Shown here in pieces: positions 30,177 through 41,400 of a stretch of DNA of 64,000 nt; positions within the stretch are counted from its first letter, which is position 1, and the number at the start of each line of letters is the position of its first letter. The DNA lies in assembly GCA_944320785.1 (NCBI GenBank), contig CALUIR010000006.1:6192-70191 (forward strand). Reading direction: 5' to 3'. The notes beneath the pieces are model-generated. The model was not told the DNA's origin and did no database searches. It was given only the letters and a program-made list of their open reading frames with translations. Made by a program: the position numbers and the translations under genes. Source of the stretch: an uncultured Bacteroidaceae bacterium. GTDB lineage: Bacteria > Bacteroidota > Bacteroidia > Bacteroidales > Bacteroidaceae.

Positions 30177-31583
30177 ATGATGAGGAAAAATTTGTTAGTA
30201 TTGATTGCTTGCTTTTTTACTTTACACTCATTTGCTTATTCTGTAGATGTAATAGCTCTTGGTGCTAAGGGAGATGGTGTGACGGATGATACGTTTATAA
30301 TACAGAAAGCCATAGATGATTGTTCTTCAAAAGGTGGAGGCATAGTGGAAATACCTGCCGGCAGATTTTTGACTCGGACGCTATTGCTAAAGTCAGATGT
30401 GAATCTTCATTTGCAGTTTGGAGCGGAATTGTTAGGTAGCACAGATCTTGAATCATACCATAAGGCATTTCCTGCCTTGAAAGGCAAAGAAACACCGGCA
30501 TTGATTTTTGCCCGTAATGCCTGCAATATTGCAATTACGGGTCTGGGTACGATCAATGGTCAAGGAGGCCATTCCAATTTTCAACATGGAAATGATTCAG
30601 AGGGAGGTCCCAAACGCCCTAAGATTATTTATTTAATTGGTTGTAAGAATGTGCGTGTACAGGATGTGACATTACGCAATTCAGCTTATTGGACTCAAGA
30701 TTATGAGAGGTGTGATGGCGTTGTGGTTAGAGGCGTGAAAGTGTATTGCCATTCAAATTGGAATAACGATGGCCTTGATATAGACAGTCGCAATGTGATG
30801 GTTTCTGATTGTTACATTGATTGTGATGATGATGCATTGTGTTTGAAGAGTGATACAGATGTTCCTTGTGAGAATGTGGTTGTTACGAATTGTGTATTGA
30901 AAACCAATTGCAATGCGATAAAGTTTGGGACATCCTCGTATAGTGGGTTTAAAAATGTGTCAATAACAAATTGCGTCATTGATAGGGCATCAGAAGACAA
31001 TATCCGTCAATGGTATAAGAACTATCCTTGGATGGGAACAGAGCAAAATACGGTAGTTTCCGGGATAGCGTTGGAATCTGTAGATGGTGGAACTCTTGAG
31101 AATGTGATTGTTTCTGATATTGCAATGAGGGGCGTGCAGACTCCTATATTTGTTCGGTTGGGCGATCGCAAAAGAACGTTTACGAAACAGCTTAGTCGGA
31201 TTAATGATGTGATGATAAGTCGGATTATGGCACGCAGTGAAAGCAAAGTGGCATGTTCGATAACGGGAGTTCCTGATGGAAAAATTCAGAATATTACAAT
31301 CAGCGATGTGACATTGGTCACTAATGCTGAAGTGAATAAGGAGGAAATTGAAAAGGAGGTGCCAGAAGTAGTAGATAAATATCCGGAGAACAGGATGTTT
31401 GGTACCATTCTTCCGGCATCAGGTTTTTATGTACGGCACGTTGATGGCATAACCTTTTCTAACGTGAAAATGATCATGGAAAAGGGAGATGAGAGGCCTA
31501 TGTTTTATTTGGATGATGTTAGCGATTTTGTATGTCAAGGATGTACTTATAATGGAGTAGAACCGACTATTGAAGAGAAATGA
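30177..31583 (+). CDS. GH28 glycoside hydrolase (polygalacturonase / rhamnogalacturonase-like)
   Basis: NWNNDGLDIDS, DCDDDALCLKS, NAIKFGT (GH28 NTDG / DD / RIK equivalents). Signal peptide present. Confidence 0.85.
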   Translation: MMRKNLLVLIACFFTLHSFAYSVDVIALGAKGDGVTDDTFIIQKAIDDCSSKGGGIVEIPAGRFLTRTLLLKSDVNLHLQFGAELLGSTDLESYHKAFPALKGKETPALIFARNACNIAITGLGTINGQGGHSNFQHGNDSEGGPKRPKIIYLIGCKNVRVQDVTLRNSAYWTQDYERCDGVVVRGVKVYCHSNWNNDGLDIDSRNVMVSDCYIDCDDDALCLKSDTDVPCENVVVTNCVLKTNCNAIKFGTSSYSGFKNVSITNCVIDRASEDNIRQWYKNYPWMGTEQNTVVSGIALESVDGGTLENVIVSDIAMRGVQTPIFVRLGDRKRTFTKQLSRINDVMISRIMARSESKVACSITGVPDGKIQNITISDVTLVTNAEVNKEEIEKEVPEVVDKYPENRMFGTILPASGFYVRHVDGITFSNVKMIMEKGDERPMFYLDDVSDFVCQGCTYNGVEPTIEEK

Positions 31584-32875
31584 AGCGATTGATTTTGTTA
31601 AGTATGTGGGTCTGCTTGTCATGGGCTTGCTTGTCGCAACCGGCTCAGCAAATGGTACATGTATCTGTTGTTCCTGACAGCGATACATGGCTCTATGCGT
31701 TGGGTAAAGAGGCAAACTTCAAAATAGCAGTAACACGGAACGGGATTTTTCAAAAAGGGGTAAAAATCAGGTATGAACTCTCTCAGGATATGATGGAGCC
31801 TTTCAAGAGTGAAACGATTATTTTGCCTGAGGGTGTTGTTACGGTGAATGCAGGTTCGTTAGATGCATCTGGTTTTTTGCGTTGCCGAGTATTTGCAGAG
31901 ATTGATGGAAAGCAATATGAAGGAAGAGGGACGGCAGGATATGAACCACGGGCAATTAAGCCTACTACGGCTATGCCGTCTGATTTTCGTGAGTTCTGGG
32001 AAAGGGCTAAATCCGAGAACGCTGAAGTACCGATGGATGCATGTTTGCGTTTATTGCCTGATAGATGTACCTCAAAAGTTGATGTTTATGAATTGAACGT
32101 GCAAAGTTTTCAACGTGGAAGCCGTATGTATGGGATACTTTGTGTTCCAAAGGGCAGAGGGAAATATCCGGCTTTATTGCGTGTGCCTGGAGCCGGAGTC
32201 CGTCCTTATGAAGGGCATATTGCTGAAGCAGAGCGTGGATATATAACATTGGATATGGGCATACATGGCATTCCTGTCACAATGCCGCCATCGGTTTATC
32301 AAGATTTGCGTTATGGGGCGTTGGATGGTTATTGGAATTTTAATTGGGATGACCTTGATGCAATTTATTATAAACGGGTTTATATGGGATGTATCCGTAT
32401 GGTTGATTATATATGTAGTATGTCTGTGTTTAATGGTGATTTGGTTGTTTATGGAGGTAGTCAAGGTGGTTTATTGTCACTGGTGACAGCGGCATTAGAT
32501 GATAGGGTAAAAGGTTGTGTCGTGATTCATCCAGCTTTGGCTGATGTGAATGGGTATTTGTATGGCCGGGCTGGCGGATGGCCTCATTATTTCAAAGATA
32601 AGGATGGCATGGATGCTACAATTCGGGAAAAGGAGGAAAACATTGCTTATTATGATGCTGTCAATTTTGCGCGGATATTGGATAAGCCTGTTTTTATGTC
32701 GTTTGGATATAATGATATGGTGTGTCCGCCTACAACATCTTATGCCGTGTATAATAGTATATTGTCTCCAACGACATTTGTCCCAGTTCCGGAAACAGAA
32801 CATTATACTTATCCTGAAATATGGCAAGATGCTTGGGATTGGTGTGGAAATCTTTTGAATGGAAATAATAAATAA
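31580..32875 (+). CDS. CE7-like acetyl esterase (acetylxylan esterase / cephalosporin-C deacetylase family)
   Basis: Nucleophile elbow YGGSQGG, and the AXE1-like stretch PKGRGKYPALLRVPGAGVRPYEG. Its ATG overlaps the GH28 stop (ATGA). Confidence 0.8.
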   Translation: MKRLILLSMWVCLSWACLSQPAQQMVHVSVVPDSDTWLYALGKEANFKIAVTRNGIFQKGVKIRYELSQDMMEPFKSETIILPEGVVTVNAGSLDASGFLRCRVFAEIDGKQYEGRGTAGYEPRAIKPTTAMPSDFREFWERAKSENAEVPMDACLRLLPDRCTSKVDVYELNVQSFQRGSRMYGILCVPKGRGKYPALLRVPGAGVRPYEGHIAEAERGYITLDMGIHGIPVTMPPSVYQDLRYGALDGYWNFNWDDLDAIYYKRVYMGCIRMVDYICSMSVFNGDLVVYGGSQGGLLSLVTAALDDRVKGCVVIHPALADVNGYLYGRAGGWPHYFKDKDGMDATIREKEENIAYYDAVNFARILDKPVFMSFGYNDMVCPPTTSYAVYNSILSPTTFVPVPETEHYTYPEIWQDAWDWCGNLLNGNNK

Positions 32876-32900
32876 TTGTTTAATTTTAATACTGGATATC

Positions 32901-35609
32901 ATGAAAACAAAAAATGGTTTTGCAGGTTTTAAATATTGGATGTTGTCCTGCCTTTTTGTAGGAGGGATATCATCTGATGTATGGGCTGTTGATTTTGTAG
33001 ATGGCACAGGTACAGTTGAGGATCCTTATGTGATTAGTACAGCAGATGAGTTGAATGCTGTGAGGAATAATTTGAATGCCCACTACCAATTGGGCGCAGA
33101 TATCGATCTTGCAGATTGGATAAATGTGAATAGCCCGGATGCCGGATGGCTTCCGATTGGGACGAGTGACACTCCGTTCATCGGCTCGTTCAACGGGAAT
33201 GGGCATGCCATAGAAAATATTTGGGTGGAAACAAGTGAGGCAAATGCCGGACTGTTTGGTGTCGTTGGCGGAGATGTCACGATACAGAGATTGGGTGTAG
33301 TTGTTGCTGATGGAAAGAAAATTTCAGGCGGCAGCAATGTTGGCATATTGGTCGGGCTTTCTACTGGTGTAGGTGGCACGAAACAAACTTTGATACAAGA
33401 AGTGTATGTCTCTGGCAATGTAGAGTCAAAAGGCACCCTTGTCGGAGGCATTGTGGGGAGAAACAATAATCAGAACATCACCATTCTTAATTCTTATGCT
33501 AAAGGCAATGTTTATGCGACAGGAGATGGCGTGGGTGGAATTATAGGAAGTTCGTACGGTGCATGTGCAACGCTTGTTGACAGGTGTTATGCTTTGAACA
33601 ATATTACTGTTGATGGTGGAGGTTCTACAGGGGGTATCATGGGGACAGTAAGTGCGCCAGATGCTTCTGTAGAACAGATGAATGCCACTATCTCAAACTG
33701 TGTTGCCATCAACAAGAGATTGACAGTGAGGGATGATATTCCTAACCGTATTTTTACTTGGGCCAAGCAGGACAAAGTGGTTTTGCAGGACAACATGGCG
33801 TTTTCTGGCTGTTTGATTAATGAAGCCCCATTCTCAAGCAGTGATGCCAATGGCAAAAACGGGCAGGATAAGGATGCCGATGAATTGGCTTCTCAATCGA
33901 CTTATGCGAATTGGGACTTTGAAAATGTTTGGGTAATGGGGAATGGTGCTTTCCAATTGCCGGTGTTGAAGAATGTTTCGTTGGAAAAACAGCCTGAAGA
34001 CGCTTACAGTTTAGATTTGGATTCTGACAATCCTTTTGTTGACCTTGTCCCTGAAGGAGGAGAATTGAATGTAGTTGAACAATGCGGGGTGGCTAACAAT
34101 GGGCGTGATGATGTAACCGAGCTTATTCAACAGGCTATTGATGCTTGTTCCATGAAAAAGGCAACAGTAGTAGTTCCCAGTGGCCGCTATGCGATTCGTC
34201 CCATTTTTTTACGTTCTAATGTGACATTGAATTTGGAAGAAGGAGCGCAATTGATAGGTAGCCGTAATATTGAGGATTACCGTGCAGCTTTCCCTAATGC
34301 AGGTGCTATTGAAACGAGTGCTTTGGTATTTGGAAAAGGAATAGAGAATGTGAAAATTATTGGGAAAGGTATTATTAATGGCCGTGGTGATGCCCCTGAT
34401 TTTGATTTTGGCAACGGGAATGGCGATCGTCCCAAGGTGCTTCATCTAGTGGATTGCAAGAATGTGGTGGTGGAAGATGTGACCTTGCAAAACTCGGCAT
34501 TTTGGACCGCTCATTTCCTATTATGTGATGGAGTGAAGATTAAAGGTGTCAAGATATATAGCCATACGAATTGGAATAATGATGGGATAGATATCGATTC
34601 TAAGAATGTGGAGATAGAGGATTGTGATATCGATTGTGATGATGATGGCATTTGCATGAAGAGTGACAGAGGGGTCATGGTGGAAAATGTGACAGTAAAG
34701 AATTGTACAATTCGCACAAACTGCAATGCTATCAAATTAGGAACTGCAGGGAAAACAGGATTCCGCAATATCACTTATACGGATTGCGTGATAGAAAAGG
34801 CGAGTGAAGACAACTTCCGCAAGCATTACGAGAACAGCAAGCTTGCCTTCTGTGGTATCAATATGGAAGGACCTTCAGTTATTTCGGGAATCTCATTGGA
34901 ATCTGTGAACGGAGGCATATTGGATGATGTGAACATATCCAACATACAGATGAAGGATGTGCATACGGCAATATTTTTGCGGTTAGGGCAACGTGAAGGA
35001 TCTCCGCAGATGAGCGAACTAAAGAATGTGACTATTTCTAATGTGAAAGCTACTTGTGTAAGCAAACTTGCCAGTTCCATTGTGGGCGTTCCGGGAGGGA
35101 TCATTGATAATGTACTGATTAAAGATGTGGGAATCACCTTGCCGGGTGGTGGCACTGTTAATGATGCCAATGCTAATGTGCCTGAATTGGTTGACGCCTA
35201 TCCAGAAGCGAACATGTTTGGTACTCCTTTCCCGGCTTATGGGTTTTATGTCCGCCATGCCGATAATGTAAAATTTGACAATGTGAAATTCAATTTGCTG
35301 GCAGCAGATGCCCGACCGGAATATGTGTTTGACGATGTAGAAAACCACGAAGTGATTACTGGCATTGAGCCGGTTGTTGACGAGGATGATTTGGAATTTG
35401 CTTTTGATACAGATGGCAGGTTGCAGGTTTCCTCCCATATAGATGGTTTCGCACAAATTGAAGTGTTTGACATTTCAGGGAAGATGGTCGGTGCGGCAAG
35501 CATGCAAGCCTCGGAAACGGCATCGATTGTTTTGCCGGGTACGGGTATCTACATCGTCACTATCCAAACATCGGGAAGGACCATTGCACGCAAAGTAGCA
35601 TGTATGTAA
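32901..35609 (+). CDS. Tri-modular secreted protein: GLUG-like module + GH28 catalytic domain + T9SS sorting domain
   Basis: GLUG-like module at nt 33000-33998 (GTGTVEDPYVISTADELNAVRNNL...ADIDL, VGGIVG, VGGIIG). GH28 motifs NWNNDGIDIDS, DCDDDGICMKS, NAIKLGT. C-terminal IEVFDISGKMV...GIYIVTIQTSGRTIARKVACM. Start placed at the ATG at 32901 (MKTKNGF...). Confidence 0.8.
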   Translation: MKTKNGFAGFKYWMLSCLFVGGISSDVWAVDFVDGTGTVEDPYVISTADELNAVRNNLNAHYQLGADIDLADWINVNSPDAGWLPIGTSDTPFIGSFNGNGHAIENIWVETSEANAGLFGVVGGDVTIQRLGVVVADGKKISGGSNVGILVGLSTGVGGTKQTLIQEVYVSGNVESKGTLVGGIVGRNNNQNITILNSYAKGNVYATGDGVGGIIGSSYGACATLVDRCYALNNITVDGGGSTGGIMGTVSAPDASVEQMNATISNCVAINKRLTVRDDIPNRIFTWAKQDKVVLQDNMAFSGCLINEAPFSSSDANGKNGQDKDADELASQSTYANWDFENVWVMGNGAFQLPVLKNVSLEKQPEDAYSLDLDSDNPFVDLVPEGGELNVVEQCGVANNGRDDVTELIQQAIDACSMKKATVVVPSGRYAIRPIFLRSNVTLNLEEGAQLIGSRNIEDYRAAFPNAGAIETSALVFGKGIENVKIIGKGIINGRGDAPDFDFGNGNGDRPKVLHLVDCKNVVVEDVTLQNSAFWTAHFLLCDGVKIKGVKIYSHTNWNNDGIDIDSKNVEIEDCDIDCDDDGICMKSDRGVMVENVTVKNCTIRTNCNAIKLGTAGKTGFRNITYTDCVIEKASEDNFRKHYENSKLAFCGINMEGPSVISGISLESVNGGILDDVNISNIQMKDVHTAIFLRLGQREGSPQMSELKNVTISNVKATCVSKLASSIVGVPGGIIDNVLIKDVGITLPGGGTVNDANANVPELVDAYPEANMFGTPFPAYGFYVRHADNVKFDNVKFNLLAADARPEYVFDDVENHEVITGIEPVVDEDDLEFAFDTDGRLQVSSHIDGFAQIEVFDISGKMVGAASMQASETASIVLPGTGIYIVTIQTSGRTIARKVACM

Positions 35610-35776
35610 GCAATGGCACTCTTGGTTCTTGAATACGTTTAGGGCATTGCTTGTGTTGGTTTGCAGGGGGACCATGATAAACTTTCGGCTGTTGTGATAA
35701 GCCTCTAACTTCTCCTCGCAAGGGAAAAGCCAGTTTTTCAAGTACCATAGGCAACATTAAATATTGAACAAATCGA

Positions 35777-35817
35777 ATGAAAGGCGGCGGGACATATCTG
35801 TTGCCGCTGCCTTTCAT
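35777..35817 (+). other. Strong hairpin immediately upstream of the symporter start codon
   Basis: ATGAAAGGCGGCGG (35777-35790) pairs with CCGCTGCCTTTCAT (35804-35817), giving 13 bp with one mismatch. It ends 12 nt before the ATG at 35830 and has no T-run. Confidence 0.5.
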
Positions 35818-35829
35818 ATACCACATATC

Positions 35830-37212
35830 ATGATGACACAAAAAGAAAAGATTGGATATGGCTTGGGTGACATGTCTTCCTCGATGTTTTGGAAGATATT
35901 TTCTTATTACCTGCCGTTCTTTTATTCCAATATATTTGGCCTGACTTTGGCTGATGCAGGATTGCTGATGCTGATTACTCGTGTATGGGATGCGCTGTTT
36001 GACCCGATGATGGGGGCAGTTGTGGATCGTACTCATTCCCGTTGGGGAAAATACCGTCCTTATTTGTTGTGGATGGCAGTACCTTTTGCTGTTTCTGGCA
36101 TTTTGCTTTTTACGATTCCTGATTTTGGATATACAGGCAAATTGGCATGGGCATATGTCACTTATATCTTAATGATGACGGTTTATACGGGCATTAATGT
36201 GCCTTATGGTGCTATGCTGGGAGTAATGACGGATGATTCGAATGCAAAAACGGTATTTTCTTCTTACCGCATGTTTTTTGCTTATGGAGGAAGTTTTATT
36301 GCTTTAGGTGCTTGGGAACCTTTGTGCAGGTTATTCCAATCAATGGGTTGTACCGTGGCTGCCAGTTGGCAATATGCAATGGTTGTCATTGCTATTGCTT
36401 GCCTTATTGGATTTTTTGCTTGTTTTGGCATGACTCGTGAACGCGTGAAAACAATTTCTAGTAAGTCTGTTTTTAAGGATGTGAAGTCGCTTTTGGTCAA
36501 TTCCCCTTGGTGGATATTGAATGTGATGGCTATGTGTTCCAATCTTTTTAATACGGTGCGTGGCGCTACTGCTACATACTATTTCAAGGATTATGTTAGC
36601 TCGGATGCCTTTTGGGATTTTGGCGCATTTAGTTTGATGCTTTATGCCGGGCTTTTCTTGATGGTTGGAGAAATATGCAATATGGCAGGTGTTGTTTTGG
36701 CCGTCCCTTTTTCAGCAAAAGTAGGAAAGAAACCGGCTTATTGCCTGTCACTGGTGGGTTTGGTCATATTCAGCATCCTGTTTTTTTTCATGCCAAACAC
36801 GGTGCCCGGTTGGTGGTGGATGATGCTGTTGCAAGTATTGATTTCTATTTGCACCGGGATTATATCCCCATTGATATGGAGCATGTATGCAGATGTGGCT
36901 GATTATGCAGAACATAAGGATGGAACGTCTTCCACAGGCCTGATATTTTCTTCTGGTTCTATGGCACAGAAATTCGGCAGTGCATTTGCCGGTTGGGCAG
37001 TGATGGCGTTGCTCGCATTTTTTGGATACAATACGGCTGAGAATGTGATGCAAACTCCTGAAGCGGTTAACGGTTTGAAGTATCTGATGAGTTTCATCCC
37101 GGCAGGCATTGCTTTGCTTTCCATTTTTGTGTTGTGGTTGTATCCGTTGAATCGTTCACAGATGTGTGTGATAAATTCAGAATTGGCAAAACGCAGAAAA
37201 GGAGCAAGATGA
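35830..37212 (+). CDS. GPH-family (glycoside-pentoside-hexuronide:cation) MFS symporter
   Basis: MMTQKEKIGYGLGDMSSSMFW... and RVWDALFDPMMGAVVDRTHSRWGKYRPY are the classic GPH signature. About 12 TM helices. Confidence 0.87.
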   Translation: MMTQKEKIGYGLGDMSSSMFWKIFSYYLPFFYSNIFGLTLADAGLLMLITRVWDALFDPMMGAVVDRTHSRWGKYRPYLLWMAVPFAVSGILLFTIPDFGYTGKLAWAYVTYILMMTVYTGINVPYGAMLGVMTDDSNAKTVFSSYRMFFAYGGSFIALGAWEPLCRLFQSMGCTVAASWQYAMVVIAIACLIGFFACFGMTRERVKTISSKSVFKDVKSLLVNSPWWILNVMAMCSNLFNTVRGATATYYFKDYVSSDAFWDFGAFSLMLYAGLFLMVGEICNMAGVVLAVPFSAKVGKKPAYCLSLVGLVIFSILFFFMPNTVPGWWWMMLLQVLISICTGIISPLIWSMYADVADYAEHKDGTSSTGLIFSSGSMAQKFGSAFAGWAVMALLAFFGYNTAENVMQTPEAVNGLKYLMSFIPAGIALLSIFVLWLYPLNRSQMCVINSELAKRRKGAR

Positions 37213-38408
37213 TGAAGGATATTGTATTAACCATGAGAGAAGAAATGCAGCATGAACTTGTTTGCGGCATTCTTCCGTTTTGGATGAACAAGATGGTTGA
37301 CGAGGTAAATGGCGGTTTCTACGGTCGCGTGACCGGGAAGGATGAATTGGTGTGTGATGCGGAGAAAGGGGCTATCCTTAATGCGCGTATTTTGTGGACA
37401 TTCTCGGCTGCTTATCGATTGTTGAAGAAACCGGAATATTTGGAAATGGCTGCTCGTGCCAAAGATTATATCGTGGCCTGTTTTTATGACCATGAGTTTG
37501 GAGGCGTATATTGGTCTTTGGATTGTGAGGGGAATCCCTTGGACATGAAGAAGCAGATCTATGCATTGGGTTTTGCCATTTATGGTTTGAGTGAATATTA
37601 TCGTGCAACGGGGGATAGCAAAGCATTGGATTATGCTGTCCGTCTATTTGATAGTATTGAGGAGCATAGTTTTGATTCTGAGAAGAATGGTTATTGTGAG
37701 GCTTTGACCCGTGAGTGGGGCGAGATTGCAGACATGCGTTTGAGCGAGAAAGATGCCAACGAACGCAAGACCATGAACACGCATTTGCATATTTTGGAGG
37801 CATATACAAACTTATATCGGATATGGCAAAACAATCGTTTGGAAAAACAGTTGCGTAATCTGGTCAATTTGTTTGTGGAGAAGATATTGAATGCGCATAA
37901 TGGTCATTTGGATTTGTTTTTCGATGACGATTGGAACAGCAGATATCAGATTGTTTCCTATGGGCATGATATTGAAGCATCATGGCTTATCCACGAAGCG
38001 GCTCTTGTTTTGGGGGACAAGGCGGTGTTGGAGAAAGTGGAGATTGTGGTGAGGCAAATTGCCGATGCTGCTGATGATGGCTTGATGTTTGATGGCTCTA
38101 TGGTTTATGAAACCTTTTTAGATGAAAGCCGGACAGACTTGGAACGCCATTGGTGGGTGCAAGCCGAGAATGTGGTCGGGCATCTTAATCTTTACCAGCA
38201 TTTTGATGATGAAAAGGCTTTGCAGAAAGCACTCAGTTGCTGGAACTTTATCAAACAGTATTTGATAGACCGCTTGCATGGTGAATGGCATTGGAGCATA
38301 CTGCCTGATGGAACAATAAATACGACGGATGATAAAGCAGGTTTTTGGAAATGTCCTTATCATAATGGGCGCATGTGTATGGAAGTTATGGAAAGGTTTT
38401 CTGTGTGA
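37209..38408 (+). CDS. AGE-superfamily epimerase (cellobiose/mannobiose 2-epimerase-like)
   Basis: ILPFWMNKMVDEVNGGFYGRV..., GAILNARILWTFSAAY, NTHLHILEAYTNLY, KCPYHNGRMCME. Its ATG overlaps the symporter stop (ATGA). Confidence 0.85.
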   Translation: MMKDIVLTMREEMQHELVCGILPFWMNKMVDEVNGGFYGRVTGKDELVCDAEKGAILNARILWTFSAAYRLLKKPEYLEMAARAKDYIVACFYDHEFGGVYWSLDCEGNPLDMKKQIYALGFAIYGLSEYYRATGDSKALDYAVRLFDSIEEHSFDSEKNGYCEALTREWGEIADMRLSEKDANERKTMNTHLHILEAYTNLYRIWQNNRLEKQLRNLVNLFVEKILNAHNGHLDLFFDDDWNSRYQIVSYGHDIEASWLIHEAALVLGDKAVLEKVEIVVRQIADAADDGLMFDGSMVYETFLDESRTDLERHWWVQAENVVGHLNLYQHFDDEKALQKALSCWNFIKQYLIDRLHGEWHWSILPDGTINTTDDKAGFWKCPYHNGRMCMEVMERFSV

Positions 38409-38438
38409 ATTGACTATGTTTCAGATAAATCTATTAAC

Positions 38439-41400
38439 ATGAAAAAACTGATTCTCTTATTTGGCTTTTTTGTTTTTGGCCAATTGGCTTATGCAAATGT
38501 GACGGGAAGATTGAAAATCAATCTCAATGCAGATTGGAAGTTCTCAAAAGGCATATTGACTGACAATCCCGCTTTGGTGGATTATGCAGATGGCAGTTGG
38601 GAGATTGTGGATATTCCCCATTGCTGGAATTCTGCAGATGCGCAAGATGGGGGGAACAATTATTCACGTACAGTCGGCTGGTACAGGAAGAATATTCCAT
38701 GGAATGCTTCTTATGAAGGCAGGAATTTGTATATAGAGTTTTTAGGGGCTTGTTTACAAGCCGAATGTTTCGTGAATGGCGAATCAGTGGGCATCCATAA
38801 GGGAGGTTACACAGTCTTTCGCTTTGACATTACTTCGAAGATGACGCAGGGTGACAATGTGATTGCCGTGAAAGTCGATAACCGGCAGTCTGAAGAAGTT
38901 GCGCCTCTTGGAGGAGACTTCTCGGTTTTAGGAGGCATATACAGGGATGTCTCCCTGATTGTGGCCAATCCTGTGCATGTGGATTTGATGGACAATGGGG
39001 CTTCTGGCCTTTATTTGACTCCAACGGATGTGGGCAGGGATAATGCAAATTTGGAGATACGCTCCAATATCGTGAACAATTCGTCAGAACCGAAGTCGGT
39101 GACGTTTCATGGGATTATCAGGAATCCGGATACTTTTGATGCAATATCCAATGTGCCTAATCCGAATTTTGATGTGAAGGCAATGTGTCCCGGTGGAGAC
39201 CCTATTCAAACTGTAAGCAAAGAAGTCGTGATTGCGGCTGGGGATTCCTATTTGTTTAAAGAAAGCATAGCGGTTACGAATCCGCATTTGTGGAACGGCA
39301 AGAAAGACCCTTATCGTTATATCGTTGATTTGAAAATCTATGAAGGTGATAATTTGATTGATTCTGTGTCTGATTATGTTGGATTCAGGTATTATTCGGT
39401 CACCAAAGAAGGCTTCTTCTTGAATGGAGAACTATATCCGTTGCGAGGCGTAGGGAAACATCAAGATCAATACAATAAAGGGTATGCTGTCACGCATGAA
39501 GACATGAATGAGGACTTTGGCATCATCTATGAGATGGGCGCAAATGCAATCCGTCTTGCGCATTATCCTCACGATCCTTACATGTACGAACTGTGTGATC
39601 GCTATGGTTTGGCTGTTTGGACAGAGATACCATTGGTGGATCGTCCGGGAGTAGCAGAAACTTTCAATGAAGTGACAAAAGGGCAATTGAGGGAACTGAT
39701 TCGCCAACGTTATAATAACCCATCGGTTTTCTTTTGGGGATTGCAGAATGAGATTCGGGAACAGCACGATGAGCAGATGAGAACGTTGATGAAAGAACTG
39801 GATGATTTGGCGCAGCAAGAAGACCCGTCCCGCTTGACTGTCCAAGCAACAAACCATAACACGGCACGCAATTGGGATTCAGATGTTTTTGCTTGGAATT
39901 ATTATCCCGGATGGTATGTGCAGAATCCTTTGTTCAGCAGCAAATTGGATAGCTTTAAAGACGAGGCGCGTCCTACGGCATTGTCCGAATATGGGGCTGG
40001 CGGAAGTATTTATCATCACGAAATTAATCCGGCAAAGCCTGTGACCAATGGTGGAAAATTCCATCCTGAAGAATACCAGAACAAGGTGCATGAACAGGCC
40101 ATCATTGACATTTCGACTCGCGATTTCGTATGGGGTACTTTCTTGTGGAACATATTTGATTTTGCTTCCGATGGACGGAACGAGGGCGACCAGCCTGGGA
40201 CAAATGACAAAGGGTTGGTGACTTATGACCGTAAGGTTAAAAAAGATAGTTATTATGCATATAAAGCGAATTGGAGTGATGAGCCTTTTGTGTATATAAC
40301 GAGCCGGAGATATACGGAGCGTGAAGAACTGGTAACGCCCGTTACTGTTTATTCCAACTGCGAGACGGTTGAATTATTCATTAACGGAGCTTCCCAGGGA
40401 CAGAAGAAGGCAGAAGATGTCCAATGCGGAATATTCAAATGGGATAATATGAATCTGCAATTCGGAATTGATAATAAGGTGAAAGTTGTGGGCATGAAGG
40501 ACGGGAAAGAATATTCGGATGAAGTATCATGGAAGAAAAGAACAGGAACCACAACGGAACTCCAATCTGATGAATTAATTATAGATACAGAAAACAAGCG
40601 GATTATTCTTAAAAAAGATATCCCGGTGCAAGAGATTGGCGAATATTTGCAAGGAGTGGATGGGGCAACATTCGTCATTGTTGAATCAGATGGTGAGACC
40701 ATTGTGGCAGATGGATTCATAACTGTTGGGATGAAAGTCATTGTAACTTCAGAGGATAAGCAGAACACGGCAGTATATGAGTTTGTTCCCGGCCATATCG
40801 CATTGAGCAAGACAGTTTCCACCGATTCAGAGCAAGTTGATGAAAACAACTTGGCGATTTATGCGGTGGATGGGAATTATTCAACACGTTGGGCGGCGAA
40901 AAATGCAAAGCCTCATTGGATAGAAATAGATTTGGGAAAAGAATATTTCTTGAACAGGGCTGTGGTCTATTGGTACAATCCTAATGGCACGAGAACGTAC
41001 CAATATTATGTTAAAGTGTCAAATGACAAGAATAACTATCTTATGGTGGCTGATCGGTCTGAGAATAGTTCATCGGATGCGGTAGCAGACAATTTGGAGG
41101 GCAGAGGCAGATATGTGAAAGTGGATGTCTTGGGAGGTAATGGCTCGACGGCATATCCTTCACTGTACGAAGTTGAAATTTATGGATGGATGATTGAATC
41201 AGATAAATATGTGATTGATTTTGAGAAAAATGAAATACAAATACCAAAAACGGAAGAAAACGTGCAGAACCTCACGACTGATAAGTTCTTGGAAAACATC
41301 TCATTTGACGGTAATTTGTCGTATGCCCTCAATAGCATGTCATATTTCATTCAAGAGAATGATGAACTTGTCATAACGGATTATTGTGGTCAAGAAACAA

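Noticed and set aside
32859-32900. The ORF-track start of the GLUG-GH28 protein at 32859, which overlaps the CE7 gene.
   Set aside because: The first 14 codons (MEIINNCLILILDI) overlap the upstream gene's 3' end. The Met at 32901 is followed by a plausible signal peptide.
35610-35660. A possible terminator hairpin (AAGCAATG...CATTGCTT) after the GLUG-GH28 gene.
   Set aside because: The stem is only 8 bp with a loop of about 25 nt and no T-run, too weak to call.
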